18,279 bases of DNA from IMG/VR virus record IMGVR_UViG_3300031278_000120. The stretch is one strand, 5' to 3'. Of this stretch, positions 8,061-14,505 are shown piece after piece. Position 1 is the first letter of the stretch. Each line of letters starts with the position of its first letter. This DNA comes from a virus. The position numbers were made by a program, and so were the translations under genes. The notes beneath the pieces were generated by a model, which did not search any database, had not been told where the DNA came from, and was given only the letters and a program-made list of their open reading frames with translations.

Positions 8061-8575
8061 GCGGCACCACGAGCGTTTTCGGGATCCGGTACCCCACCTC
8101 CGGCGACAACGTCAGCCCGCTGGAGACCGTGTTCCAGACCATGGCCGACGACATCGATGACGCGATCGAGGCGCGTGCCCCGGGCGACTGGACCACCTGG
8201 ACGCCGTCGCACTCTGGCATCACCGTCGGCAACGGGGCGCTGGCCGCATCTTACGTTCAGATCGGAAAGCTCGTGGTCTGCCACTACCGGCTCACCTGGG
8301 GGTCCACGACGTCCTTCTCCGGCACGCCGCAGGTCTTCCTGCCGGTCGCCTCGACCGGGTACGGGGTCAATGACGCCCTCGGCGACGCCGCGTTCTACGA
8401 CTCGTCGGTCGGGTCGGCCAGCAGGGAGCCGGGTGGGGTGTTCTACAACTCGTCCGATCAGGTTTTCTTCGTCCGGGCATCAACGGTGACCTCGGGGACG
8501 GTGAACGCCACGAGTCCGTTCACGTGGGCGACGAGCGACACCCTGTCCTTCACCGCGACGTACCGGGCAGCCTGA
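8057..8575 (+). CDS. Tail fiber or receptor-binding-like minor tail protein (172 aa).
   Basis: ATGA overlap, with GGAG 9 nt upstream. The N-terminus (FGIRYPTSGDNVSPLETVFQTMADDIDDAIEA) resembles conserved N-termini of actinophage tail fiber proteins. It is the last structural gene before the lysis cassette. Confidence 0.5.
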   Translation: MSGTTSVFGIRYPTSGDNVSPLETVFQTMADDIDDAIEARAPGDWTTWTPSHSGITVGNGALAASYVQIGKLVVCHYRLTWGSTTSFSGTPQVFLPVASTGYGVNDALGDAAFYDSSVGSASREPGGVFYNSSDQVFFVRASTVTSGTVNATSPFTWATSDTLSFTATYRAA

Positions 8576-8739
8576 TGACCAAGCCGCCCCCGGGGTGGAC
8601 CCCCAGGTCGGACACCGTGCCGACGCCGCTGCCGCTGCCCGAGGTGCTGCCCCGGGAATGGTGCGACGTCTGCGGGTGCATGATCGGCAACCAGGTGACG
8701 CACGATGCCTGGCACGCCGACCATCCGAACCTGGGCTGA
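8575..8739 (+). CDS. Small Cys/His-containing protein (54 aa), function unknown.
   Basis: TGATG overlap with the upstream gene. GC3-rich codons. Contains the motif CDVCGCMIGNQVTHDAWH. Confidence 0.55.
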   Translation: MTKPPPGWTPRSDTVPTPLPLPEVLPREWCDVCGCMIGNQVTHDAWHADHPNLG

Positions 8740-8817
8740 GCCCAAAATGGGCCACCCCCCGACCCCCGGGGGAAAATCGTCACCCCACCCTATGCACCGA
8801 ACGGGAGGGCCCAGCTC

Positions 8818-9000
8818 ATGCCGTTCACCGCCGACGCCTGGCTCAGCGTCATCACCGTGATCATGCTGGCGCTCGGCGGCGGCATCATCCGGTTGATCAT
8901 CACCACCACCAAAACCGAGACGCTCATACGCGCACACCTCGCCGACGAGCGCGCACACGTCGCGTTACCGAGAGCCCTACCCAGAGGGAGCCAGCCATGA
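8818..9000 (+). CDS. Holin-like membrane protein (60 aa, one transmembrane segment).
   Basis: GGGAGGG lies 8 nt before ATG 8818. Has a hydrophobic WLSVITVIMLALGGGIIRLII segment followed by a charged tail. ATGA-coupled to the endolysin gene. Confidence 0.65.
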   Translation: MPFTADAWLSVITVIMLALGGGIIRLIITTTKTETLIRAHLADERAHVALPRALPRGSQP

Positions 9001-9737
9001 GAGTGATGCCCCGGTCCGCCTGGACCTCCGTGCCCCGCCCCGTCGCCGCCCTGGTCGACATGAGGGGACCGGTCGGCCTGGCGCTGCACTGGCCCGGCCC
9101 CAAGGCCAGCGACCCGCCGATCGGCGACCCCGGAACCAAAGTCATCGCCCGGATCCTCGAAGCCGAACGTGACTACCACGTCACCGGGCACGGCTGGACC
9201 GACATTGCCTACGGCGCGGCCGTCGACCAGGCCGGCCGCGTCTGGGACTGCCGCGGACTCCGCTACCGCAGCGCCGCCAACGGAAACCAAACCGTCAACG
9301 CCACCCACGGCGCGGTCACCTGCCTGCTCGGGCCCCACGAGCAGCCCAGCCCAGCCATGGTCGACGCCATCCGGCAGCTGCGCCGCACACTGTGGCTGTC
9401 CCGGTTCCCGCGGGCGCTCGCGGTGGTCGGGCACTGTGATCTGCACTCCACCGACTGCCCGGGCCCCGCCGTCCGGACCATGATCAGGCAAGGGGTGTTC
9501 ACCGCCCCGGAACCGATCATCACCCCGCCCACCCCACCCCAGGAGGACCCCATGCTGATGGCCGGAGCCAAGGACACCGAGCGCGCGTTCCTGATCGTCG
9601 ACACCCCACAGGGGCCCCGCGCGGTCTACATCCCGGACCCGCAGCTGATCCGACCTGCGGACCGGATGATCGAGTTCCCCACGCAGGCCAGCCTGGCCAC
9701 CACCTATCCGATCATCTCCGCGGTCGTCACCCGGTGA
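8997..9737 (+). CDS. Endolysin: N-acetylmuramoyl-L-alanine amidase (Amidase_2/PGRP type) with a C-terminal domain of about 70 aa after a Pro-rich linker.
   Basis: Motifs LALHWPG, GWTDIAYGAAVDQAGRVWDCRG and VVGHCDLHSTDCPG match the Zn-ligand His/His/Cys pattern of PGRP and T7-lysozyme-type amidases. ATGA overlap with the holin. The 380-aa track ORF from 8595 overlaps upstream genes, so it was trimmed. Confidence 0.85.
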   Translation: MRVMPRSAWTSVPRPVAALVDMRGPVGLALHWPGPKASDPPIGDPGTKVIARILEAERDYHVTGHGWTDIAYGAAVDQAGRVWDCRGLRYRSAANGNQTVNATHGAVTCLLGPHEQPSPAMVDAIRQLRRTLWLSRFPRALAVVGHCDLHSTDCPGPAVRTMIRQGVFTAPEPIITPPTPPQEDPMLMAGAKDTERAFLIVDTPQGPRAVYIPDPQLIRPADRMIEFPTQASLATTYPIISAVVTR

Positions 9738-9949
9738 CCCGGTACGCCAAGGCCCTGATCGCCGCCGCGGGGGCCGGCCTCGAGGCGGCCGCCGAGGTGG
9801 CCTCCCACGCCGAGCTGCTGCCGGCCGCGTGGCAGCCGTGGGCGCGGCTGATCATCGCGGTGGCTGTCGTGGCCGGGGTGTACCAGGTCCCCAACACCCC
9901 GCCCGGAACGGACCCTGGCCCCGCCCGGGCGGGGCTGCACCGCCCCTAG
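9734..9949 (+). CDS. Membrane protein of the lysis cassette (71 aa). Could be a second holin or a spanin-like protein; unknown.
   Basis: GTGA overlap with the endolysin. GC3-rich. Has a hydrophobic WARLIIAVAVVAGVY segment. Confidence 0.55.
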   Translation: MTRYAKALIAAAGAGLEAAAEVASHAELLPAAWQPWARLIIAVAVVAGVYQVPNTPPGTDPGPARAGLHRP

Positions 9950-10047
9950 GCTGGCCGCAGTCGGGTGTCCCGGGCCCCCGTGGCGCGGGACCGGCCTGGG
10001 AAACGGGCCCGCCGCCCCCGGGGCACCCGACCGCACGCGCGCCACGA

Positions 10048-10076
10048 TTGACACGCCACCCGTGAAGGTCGACGCT
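10048..10076 (+). promoter_or_regulatory. Candidate early promoter: -35 TTGACA (10048-10053), 17-nt spacer, -10 GACGCT (10071-10076). ATG 10083 would then be at or near the transcript 5' end (leaderless).
   Basis: Perfect -35 hexamer. The -10 keeps the A2 and T6 of TANNNT. It lies in the largest intergenic gap, between the lysis and early arms, and no SD precedes the downstream gene. Confidence 0.4.
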
Positions 10077-10082
10077 GCGGGC

Positions 10083-10271
10083 ATGACGCACACGAGCCTC
10101 CTCAGCCCCAGCCAGGCCGGCAACCGCGCCGGCGTGCACGCCGAGACGATCCGCCGGTGGATCCGCCAGGGCCGCATCACCCCCGCCCGGCGATCACAAA
10201 CCGGGCGGATCCTCGTCGACTGGGCCGACGTCGCCCGCGTCGCCGGCCTGGACCCCGAGCACGACGAGTAG
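10083..10271 (+). CDS. Helix-turn-helix DNA-binding protein (excisionase/MerR-like HTH), 62 aa. GTG 10062 is an alternative start.
   Basis: LSPSQAGNRAGVHAETIRRWIRQGRI is a typical Xis/MerR-type HTH. Confidence 0.65.
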   Translation: MTHTSLLSPSQAGNRAGVHAETIRRWIRQGRITPARRSQTGRILVDWADVARVAGLDPEHDE

Positions 10272-10284
10272 GGGGGGCGCTGCC

Positions 10285-10932
10285 ATGTCCCTGGAGGCCC
10301 TCACGTGGGCCCTGTACGACGTGCGGCTGTCCGACGACACGGTGCCTGCCGAGCGGCACATAGACGCACTCGCCAGGCTCATCCTGATCGCGATCGCCGA
10401 CCAGGCCGACCGCCTCGGACGCAACGCGATCATCTCCCGCGCCGAGCTCGCCGAGATCACCGGACTGGGGGAGACCACCGTCGGATCCCGGCTGCGGCGG
10501 CTGCGCAACTCAGGGCTGATTACTCCCGGTGACGACGGGCAGGTCGCGCACCTGCGGTACCGGGCCGCGGTCTGGGACCTCGCGGTCCGGATCCGGCCCA
10601 TGCGTCCACGACAGAAGGGGGTCGCGACGCGACCCCCTGAACAGGGTCGAGGGGGTCGCGGGGGCGACCCCCTCCCGAGGGGGTCGCGAGGGGGTCGCGA
10701 GGGGGTCGCGAGGGGGTCGCGAGGGGGTCGCGCTGGCGACGACCCACCCCACCACCCCTCCACCCACACCACCCCTCCACCGCGCGCCGCCGGCAGGCAG
10801 CCGGCCTCGGCCGGCGGCGCGCCGCGTGTGGACGGGCCGGTACCGCAGGAGCTGCGCGCCGACCAGGCCCCACCGGAATGGCGGTCCACCCGGGATGCGC
10901 TGCGTGCCCGCCGCCGCGCATCCGGAGCGTGA
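10285..10932 (+). CDS. Winged-HTH protein (replication initiator or replisome-organizer-like N-terminal domain) with an Arg/Gly/Pro-rich C-terminal half that overlaps an iteron array.
   Basis: N-terminal LEALTWALYDV...ARLILIAIADQADRLGRNAIISRAELAEITGLGETTVGSRLRRLRNSGLI is a wHTH pattern. The reality of the C-terminal 115 aa or so is uncertain (low complexity, several frames open). Confidence 0.6.
   Translation: MSLEALTWALYDVRLSDDTVPAERHIDALARLILIAIADQADRLGRNAIISRAELAEITGLGETTVGSRLRRLRNSGLITPGDDGQVAHLRYRAAVWDLAVRIRPMRPRQKGVATRPPEQGRGGRGGDPLPRGSRGGREGVARGSRGGRAGDDPPHHPSTHTTPPPRAAGRQPASAGGAPRVDGPVPQELRADQAPPEWRSTRDALRARRRASGA
10617..10731. repeat. Iteron-like array. It comprises the palindrome GGGGGTCGCG-a-CGCGACCCCC (10617-10637), the inverted repeat GGGGGTCGC-gggg-GCGACCCCC (10651-10672), and 5 perfect tandem 11-bp repeats GAGGGGGTCGC (10677-10731). 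A sixth forward copy lies at 10649-10659.
   Basis: Read directly: 9 copies of the core GGGGGTCGC, 7 forward and 2 reverse. The 11-bp period is not a multiple of 3, so the periodicity is at the DNA level. Confidence 0.9.
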
Positions 10933-10949
10933 CAACCCCACCGAACCTC

Positions 10950-10978
10950 TTGTGCACGTCGTGTGAGGCGTGTAATGT
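10950..10978 (+). promoter_or_regulatory. Candidate sigma70-like promoter: -35 TTGTGC (10950-10955), 17-nt spacer, -10 TAATGT (10973-10978).
   Basis: Lies in a locally AT-richer intergenic stretch (tgtaatgtcaagattgcagttaggg), upstream of GGAGG (11011-11015) and GTG 11024. Confidence 0.45.
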
Positions 10979-11023
10979 CAAGATTGCAGTTAGGGACACC
11001 GACCGGACAGGGAGGACCGCACC

Positions 11024-11326
11024 GTGACACTCACCACCGCCGGCCTACCCGCCACCAGCCGGTGCACCCGCTGCGGGCAACCCATCGCGTGGGGCCTGAC
11101 CCTGCCCGCCCGCCGCCGCATGCCCATCGACCCACAGCGGCGACCCGACGACGACCACACCGCCAACATCCTCGTCAGCGGAGACCCCCACGGGTCGATC
11201 CTGTGCCGCGTCGAATCCCGCGCCGAACCCATCCGCGACGGCGAGCGCCGCTACATGCCCCACTGGGCCACCTGCCCAGCCACCAACTTCTACGACGTGG
11301 ACGGCACCTGGCGTCCCAGAAAGTGA
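11024..11326 (+). CDS. Zinc-ribbon-like hypothetical protein (100 aa).
   Basis: GGAGG lies 8 nt before GTG 11024. Contains CTRCGQP...HWATCP (CxxC...HxxxC). GC3-rich. Confidence 0.6.
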   Translation: MTLTTAGLPATSRCTRCGQPIAWGLTLPARRRMPIDPQRRPDDDHTANILVSGDPHGSILCRVESRAEPIRDGERRYMPHWATCPATNFYDVDGTWRPRK

Positions 11327-11334
11327 GCCCCACC

Positions 11335-11547
11335 ATGGCGACGGTGTTCACCACCGACGAGATCACGGGGATCCTCTACGCCTACGGCTACCCCGTCGCG
11401 GACATCCAGGCCATGATCGACAGCCTCATCGAGTCCGGCACCGAAATCCCCCTCGACGACGGCCCCCGCCAGTTCACGCCCGGCGAGCTGCTCGTCCTCG
11501 GCGACGCCCTGCGCGCCGCCCAGCACGACCGGGACCTCAGGGACTGA
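11335..11547 (+). CDS. Hypothetical protein (70 aa).
   Basis: ATG lies 8 nt after the upstream stop. Acidic, GC3-rich sequence MATVFTTDEITGILYAYGYPVADIQAMIDSLIESG... Only the last 70 codons of track ORF 10963..11547 look coding. Confidence 0.55.
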   Translation: MATVFTTDEITGILYAYGYPVADIQAMIDSLIESGTEIPLDDGPRQFTPGELLVLGDALRAAQHDRDLRD

Positions 11548-11549
11548 CC

Positions 11550-11690
11550 ATGTGGATCTATCGCCAGACCGAGGAGGCACTCTGGACGGTCGGCTTCTAC
11601 AGCCCGGATGGCACCTGGCATCCCGAAACCGACCACGCCAGCGCCGATGACGCCGCTGCCCGCACGGCCTGGCTCAACGGCAACCGCTGA
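11550..11690 (+). CDS. Small conserved-looking hypothetical protein (46 aa).
   Basis: Not in the ORF track because it is under 60 aa. MWIYRQTEEALWTVGFYSPDGTWHPETDHASADDAAARTAWLNGNR. The WTVGFY.PDG.W...D....A..R...LNG pattern recalls small proteins common in actinophages (from memory). ATG lies 2 nt after the upstream stop. Confidence 0.5.
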   Translation: MWIYRQTEEALWTVGFYSPDGTWHPETDHASADDAAARTAWLNGNR

Positions 11691-11693
11691 ACT

Positions 11694-11736
11694 GGGGGCT
11701 CCCACCGGCCGGACCGGATCCCCGGTGGGAGCCCCC
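11694..11736 (+). terminator. Perfect 15-bp GC-rich hairpin (GGGGGCTCCCACCGG, 13-nt loop, CCGGTGGGAGCCCCC). Candidate intrinsic terminator or attenuator with no U-tract.
   Basis: Read directly. Lies in the 74-nt gap right after the stop at 11690. Confidence 0.5.
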
Positions 11737-11764
11737 CACCATCCCACCCCAGGAAGGGACACCC

Positions 11765-12412
11765 TTGACCACCGACCTGCCCCCATACCTGCCGCTCGGC
11801 GAAGCAGCCGCCACCCTCACCGCCGAAGGCCTCGCCCCCGGCGAGATCGAACGCCAGATCGAGACCCAGCTGCGCCGCGGGCTGGTCCTCGACCAGCCCG
11901 AAGGCGCCACCCGCGACCGCCTCCTGATCACCTACGCCGAGCTCGGCGAAGTCCGCGCCCGGATCCGGTCCAACATGTGGGCCGGCCGCCGCGGCCTCAC
12001 CGACGACGACGCCCCCGACCTGCGCCCCCTGAGCACCAGTCCCCACGAGCTGCTCACCTACGCCTCGCTCGGCATGTTCATCGAACACCTGTACAGATCG
12101 CTTCACCGGGCCCGCCTGGCGGCCGGGCAGGTCACCATCGCGTCGACCGCGACCGCCCACAGCCACGGGACGGAGATCGAGCTCGTCGTCCACCCGTACA
12201 TCGGCGACAACCACGGCAGCGACACCAAGGCCGCCCCGCAGGACGTCCAGCGGCTCGCCGACGCCCTCGACGGCCAGATCGTCGGCGCGCGCACCGTAGG
12301 CGGCCCCAGCGGTAACCCCGCCGACCAGATCGTCAGCATCCGCGGGACACACGTCGGCCGCGCCTGGCTCGTCGAGGCCTACGTCACCGTCCCCGAAGAG
12401 CAGGAGAGCTGA
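11765..12412 (+). CDS. Hypothetical protein (215 aa).
   Basis: AGGAAGGGA lies 5 nt before TTG 11765, the first start in the ORF. GC3-rich with a non-repetitive protein-like composition. Confidence 0.65.
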   Translation: MTTDLPPYLPLGEAAATLTAEGLAPGEIERQIETQLRRGLVLDQPEGATRDRLLITYAELGEVRARIRSNMWAGRRGLTDDDAPDLRPLSTSPHELLTYASLGMFIEHLYRSLHRARLAAGQVTIASTATAHSHGTEIELVVHPYIGDNHGSDTKAAPQDVQRLADALDGQIVGARTVGGPSGNPADQIVSIRGTHVGRAWLVEAYVTVPEEQES

Positions 12413-12416
12413 CCCG

Positions 12417-12692
12417 ATGCCCCGCAAGGCCACCGTCGTCGACCATCGCACCGACGACCTCACCATCGGCCTGGTCAACGCCCCCCGCGGCACCTGGCAC
12501 ACCGGGCCCGCCCGCGCCCAACTCGCCGACCACCTACGCGCCGCCTACACCGGCGGTCAGACAATCCGCTCCCTCGCCACCGACTACGGCATGTCCTACG
12601 CCAAGGTCCACAAGCTGCTCACCACCGACATCCCCGGCACCAGCGTCCCGCGGCCCACACTGCGCCCGCGCGGCGGTTACCACCGTGCCTAG
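12417..12692 (+). CDS. Helix-turn-helix DNA-binding protein (91 aa).
   Basis: AGGAG lies 10 nt upstream. GQTIRSLATDYGMSYAKVHKLL is a classic HTH segment. Confidence 0.65.
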   Translation: MPRKATVVDHRTDDLTIGLVNAPRGTWHTGPARAQLADHLRAAYTGGQTIRSLATDYGMSYAKVHKLLTTDIPGTSVPRPTLRPRGGYHRA

Positions 12693-12777
12693 AACCCGCG
12701 CCGAGCTCCTCGCCCGGCCCGCCCTGATCCCTGCCCAACCACCCATGAACCCCTGGTTCACACCCGGAGCCGCCCAC

Positions 12778-13200
12778 ATGAAGATCAGAAGCATTCAGAT
12801 CCGGCCCACCGACCAGGTGTGCAGCCTCGACGGCGTAGACGTCCGCGTCTGGCACGGCCTGACCAACCAAGGGCAGGACTGCCTCGTCTTCGTCCACCGC
12901 ATCGCCATCGACGCGATGGACCAGACCGGCCTCGCCGAGGCCATCGGGCCCGAAATCCCGCCCCCAACCACGATCACGCCGGCACTGGAGGACATCTCAG
13001 ACCTGATCAAGCTGGGCGCCCAGCAACTCGACACGATCACCCATGTCGTCGATCCCGGCCACGACACGGTCCAGACACTGTGGTGCGACCGCACCCGCGA
13101 GCACCAGCGGGTTCTACCGGACACGAAGCTGTGTCCCGGCTGCGGCCAGCCATTGCGCACCCCCGATCAGCAGGCAACCGACCAGGCAGGCAACCGGTGA
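12778..13200 (+). CDS. Hypothetical protein with a C-terminal zinc-ribbon-like motif (140 aa). GTG 12685 is an alternative start.
   Basis: GGAG (12766-12769) lies 8 nt before ATG 12778. Contains WCDRTREH...CPGCG. The 12685-12777 extension has poorer GC3. Confidence 0.55.
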   Translation: MKIRSIQIRPTDQVCSLDGVDVRVWHGLTNQGQDCLVFVHRIAIDAMDQTGLAEAIGPEIPPPTTITPALEDISDLIKLGAQQLDTITHVVDPGHDTVQTLWCDRTREHQRVLPDTKLCPGCGQPLRTPDQQATDQAGNR

Positions 13201-13547
13201 GCGACCACATCGATTGGATATCGCTGCCGGACGGGCCGCTGCCGGAAAACCACCGGGCGAACATGCTCGAACGCCTCGCGGAAACCCGGCGGAATTCGCA
13301 TCCAGAACTGATCGCCGCCGCGGAAGAAGGCGCCGCATGGATGCGCCACCACCTCGCGCTCGATCTCATCGGCATCGACGACGACACCGTGATGAGGGTC
13401 GCCACCTCGGTTGCCGGAGTCACCACCCCGCTGCTCATCCGTCAGGGTGTACCGCTGAGGGCAATCGGGCTGATCCAGCTCATGCTCGACATGGCCATCC
13501 ACGAGCCCGGACCGGTAGCCGGCGGCCGCACCCCAGCCGACTGGTGA
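13197..13547 (+). CDS. Hypothetical protein (116 aa).
   Basis: GTGA overlap. VSDHIDWISLPDGPLPENHRANMLERLAETRRNSHPELIAAAEEGAAWMRHH... is protein-like and GC3-rich. The upstream part of track ORF 12819..13547 is an off-frame artefact. Confidence 0.6.
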   Translation: MSDHIDWISLPDGPLPENHRANMLERLAETRRNSHPELIAAAEEGAAWMRHHLALDLIGIDDDTVMRVATSVAGVTTPLLIRQGVPLRAIGLIQLMLDMAIHEPGPVAGGRTPADW

Positions 13548-13798
13548 GCAGGACGTGGCAGCAGGGCAGCACCCGGGCGTGGCGCCGCGTCCGGGCCGCC
13601 GTCCTCGACCGCGACCACCACCAATGCCAGATCCGCGCCCCCGGATGCACCGGCCACGCCGAACACGTCCACCACACCCACGGCCGCGAAACCACCGGCG
13701 ACGACCCCCGCCACCTCGTCGCCGCCTGCGCACACTGCAACCTCGCCATCGGCCAACCAACCCCAGACCCCCCACCCACCGGAGGCACCACATGGTGA
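13544..13798 (+). CDS. HNH endonuclease (84 aa).
   Basis: WRRVRAAVLDRDHHQCQIRAPGC...HVHHTHGRETTGDDPRHLVAACAHCNLAIG follows the HNH pattern (RD..C, H...N...H/CN). GTGA overlap. Located just upstream of the terminase genes. Confidence 0.85.
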   Translation: MSRTWQQGSTRAWRRVRAAVLDRDHHQCQIRAPGCTGHAEHVHHTHGRETTGDDPRHLVAACAHCNLAIGQPTPDPPPTGGTTW

Positions 13799-14103
13799 AC
13801 ACAACCTGCTGGATTGCGCGCGAGCAGATCCAGATACCCGACTGGTTCACCCCGCAGTACGGCGATTGCCCCGCCGGCATGGCCACCGCCGAGTACCCCT
13901 TCGGCTTCCTCTGCCTGCGGGACATCGGACACCCAGGCCGGCACATCGCCGTCGGCCCCCAGCTGCTCATAGCTGCCTGGCCGGGCAGCCACCAGCCGAC
14001 CCGAGCAGACCTGGACGCAACCGACCACGTCGTCTGTGACTGTCCCTGCACGCAGTGCGTGGACAGCCACTGTTCGTCCTGCCAGATGGCGGAGGGCGAC
14101 TGA
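13792..14103 (+). CDS. Cys-rich hypothetical protein (103 aa).
   Basis: GGAGG (13781-13785) lies 6 nt before ATG 13792. The C-terminal cluster is CDCPCTQCVDSHCSSC. Confidence 0.6.
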   Translation: MVNTTCWIAREQIQIPDWFTPQYGDCPAGMATAEYPFGFLCLRDIGHPGRHIAVGPQLLIAAWPGSHQPTRADLDATDHVVCDCPCTQCVDSHCSSCQMAEGD

Positions 14104-14106
14104 CCT

Positions 14107-14149
14107 CCGCGCGGCGGCGCCCCGTTTTCTGATCTGGGGCGCCGCGCGG
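14107..14149. other. Imperfect GC hairpin (9 bp + 3-nt bulge + 5 bp, loop gttttctgatct) in the gap upstream of the small terminase gene. Could be a terminator or a cos-region structure.
   Basis: Read directly: ccgcgcggc(ggc)gcccc ... ggggcgccgcgcgg. Confidence 0.35.
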
Positions 14150-14199
14150 ACACCCCGGCCTGTCCGCTCTCTCCCCCCCGGCAGCGCAGAATTTCCCCC

Positions 14200-14505
14200 A
14201 TGGCCACCAGGCGGCCCAGCATCACCAGGGCACTAGCAAGATCACTCAGGGAGGCGCAGCTCACGCCTCGGGAGGAGGCATCGGCCACCCTGGCCCGCCG
14301 GCTGGCCATCGAGCTCGACGCAGCCGAGGAGCCGGCCGACATCGTGCGACTGGCCCGCAGCCTGAACGCCGTCCTCACGTCGCTGGGCATGAACCGGCAG
14401 CTGCGAACCCAGGTGGCCGCCGCTGGAGGTGCCACCGTCGATGACCCCGCCGCCGTCGCGCTCGCCGACCTCCGCGCTCGCCGTGGTGCCCACCCCGACG
14501 GGTGA
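14200..14505 (+). CDS. Terminase small subunit (101 aa).
   Basis: Located directly upstream of, and overlapping, the large terminase. Small, helical and Arg/Ala-rich (ATLARRLAIELDAAEEPADIVRLARSLNAVLTSLG), resembling actinophage small terminases. Confidence 0.6.
   Translation: MATRRPSITRALARSLREAQLTPREEASATLARRLAIELDAAEEPADIVRLARSLNAVLTSLGMNRQLRTQVAAAGGATVDDPAAVALADLRARRGAHPDG

Noticed and set aside
8740-8817. A small hairpin GCCCA-aaa-TGGGC and a ccccc/ggggg palindrome between the Cys/His gene and the holin, as regulatory elements.
   Set aside because: The stems are only 5 bp with loops that are minimal or absent, so this is within chance expectation.
8595-9737. A 380-aa version of the endolysin ORF starting at 8595.
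   Set aside because: The N-terminal 134 aa are Arg/His/Pro-rich and overlap the better-supported small Cys/His gene and the holin in other frames. ATG 8997 has an SD and an ATGA coupling.
9950-10047. A possible intrinsic terminator after the lysis cassette.
   Set aside because: Only short stems of 6-7 bp with long loops could be found by eye (for example gtcccg/cgggac and cgggccc/gggcccg), and there is no U-tract. This is not convincing without folding software.
10677-10731. The 11-bp tandem array as a CRISPR array or as a protein-level RGG repeat.
   Set aside because: There are no spacers between the repeats and the unit is far too short for CRISPR. The period is not divisible by 3, so the amino-acid repeat is a by-product of a DNA-level repeat.
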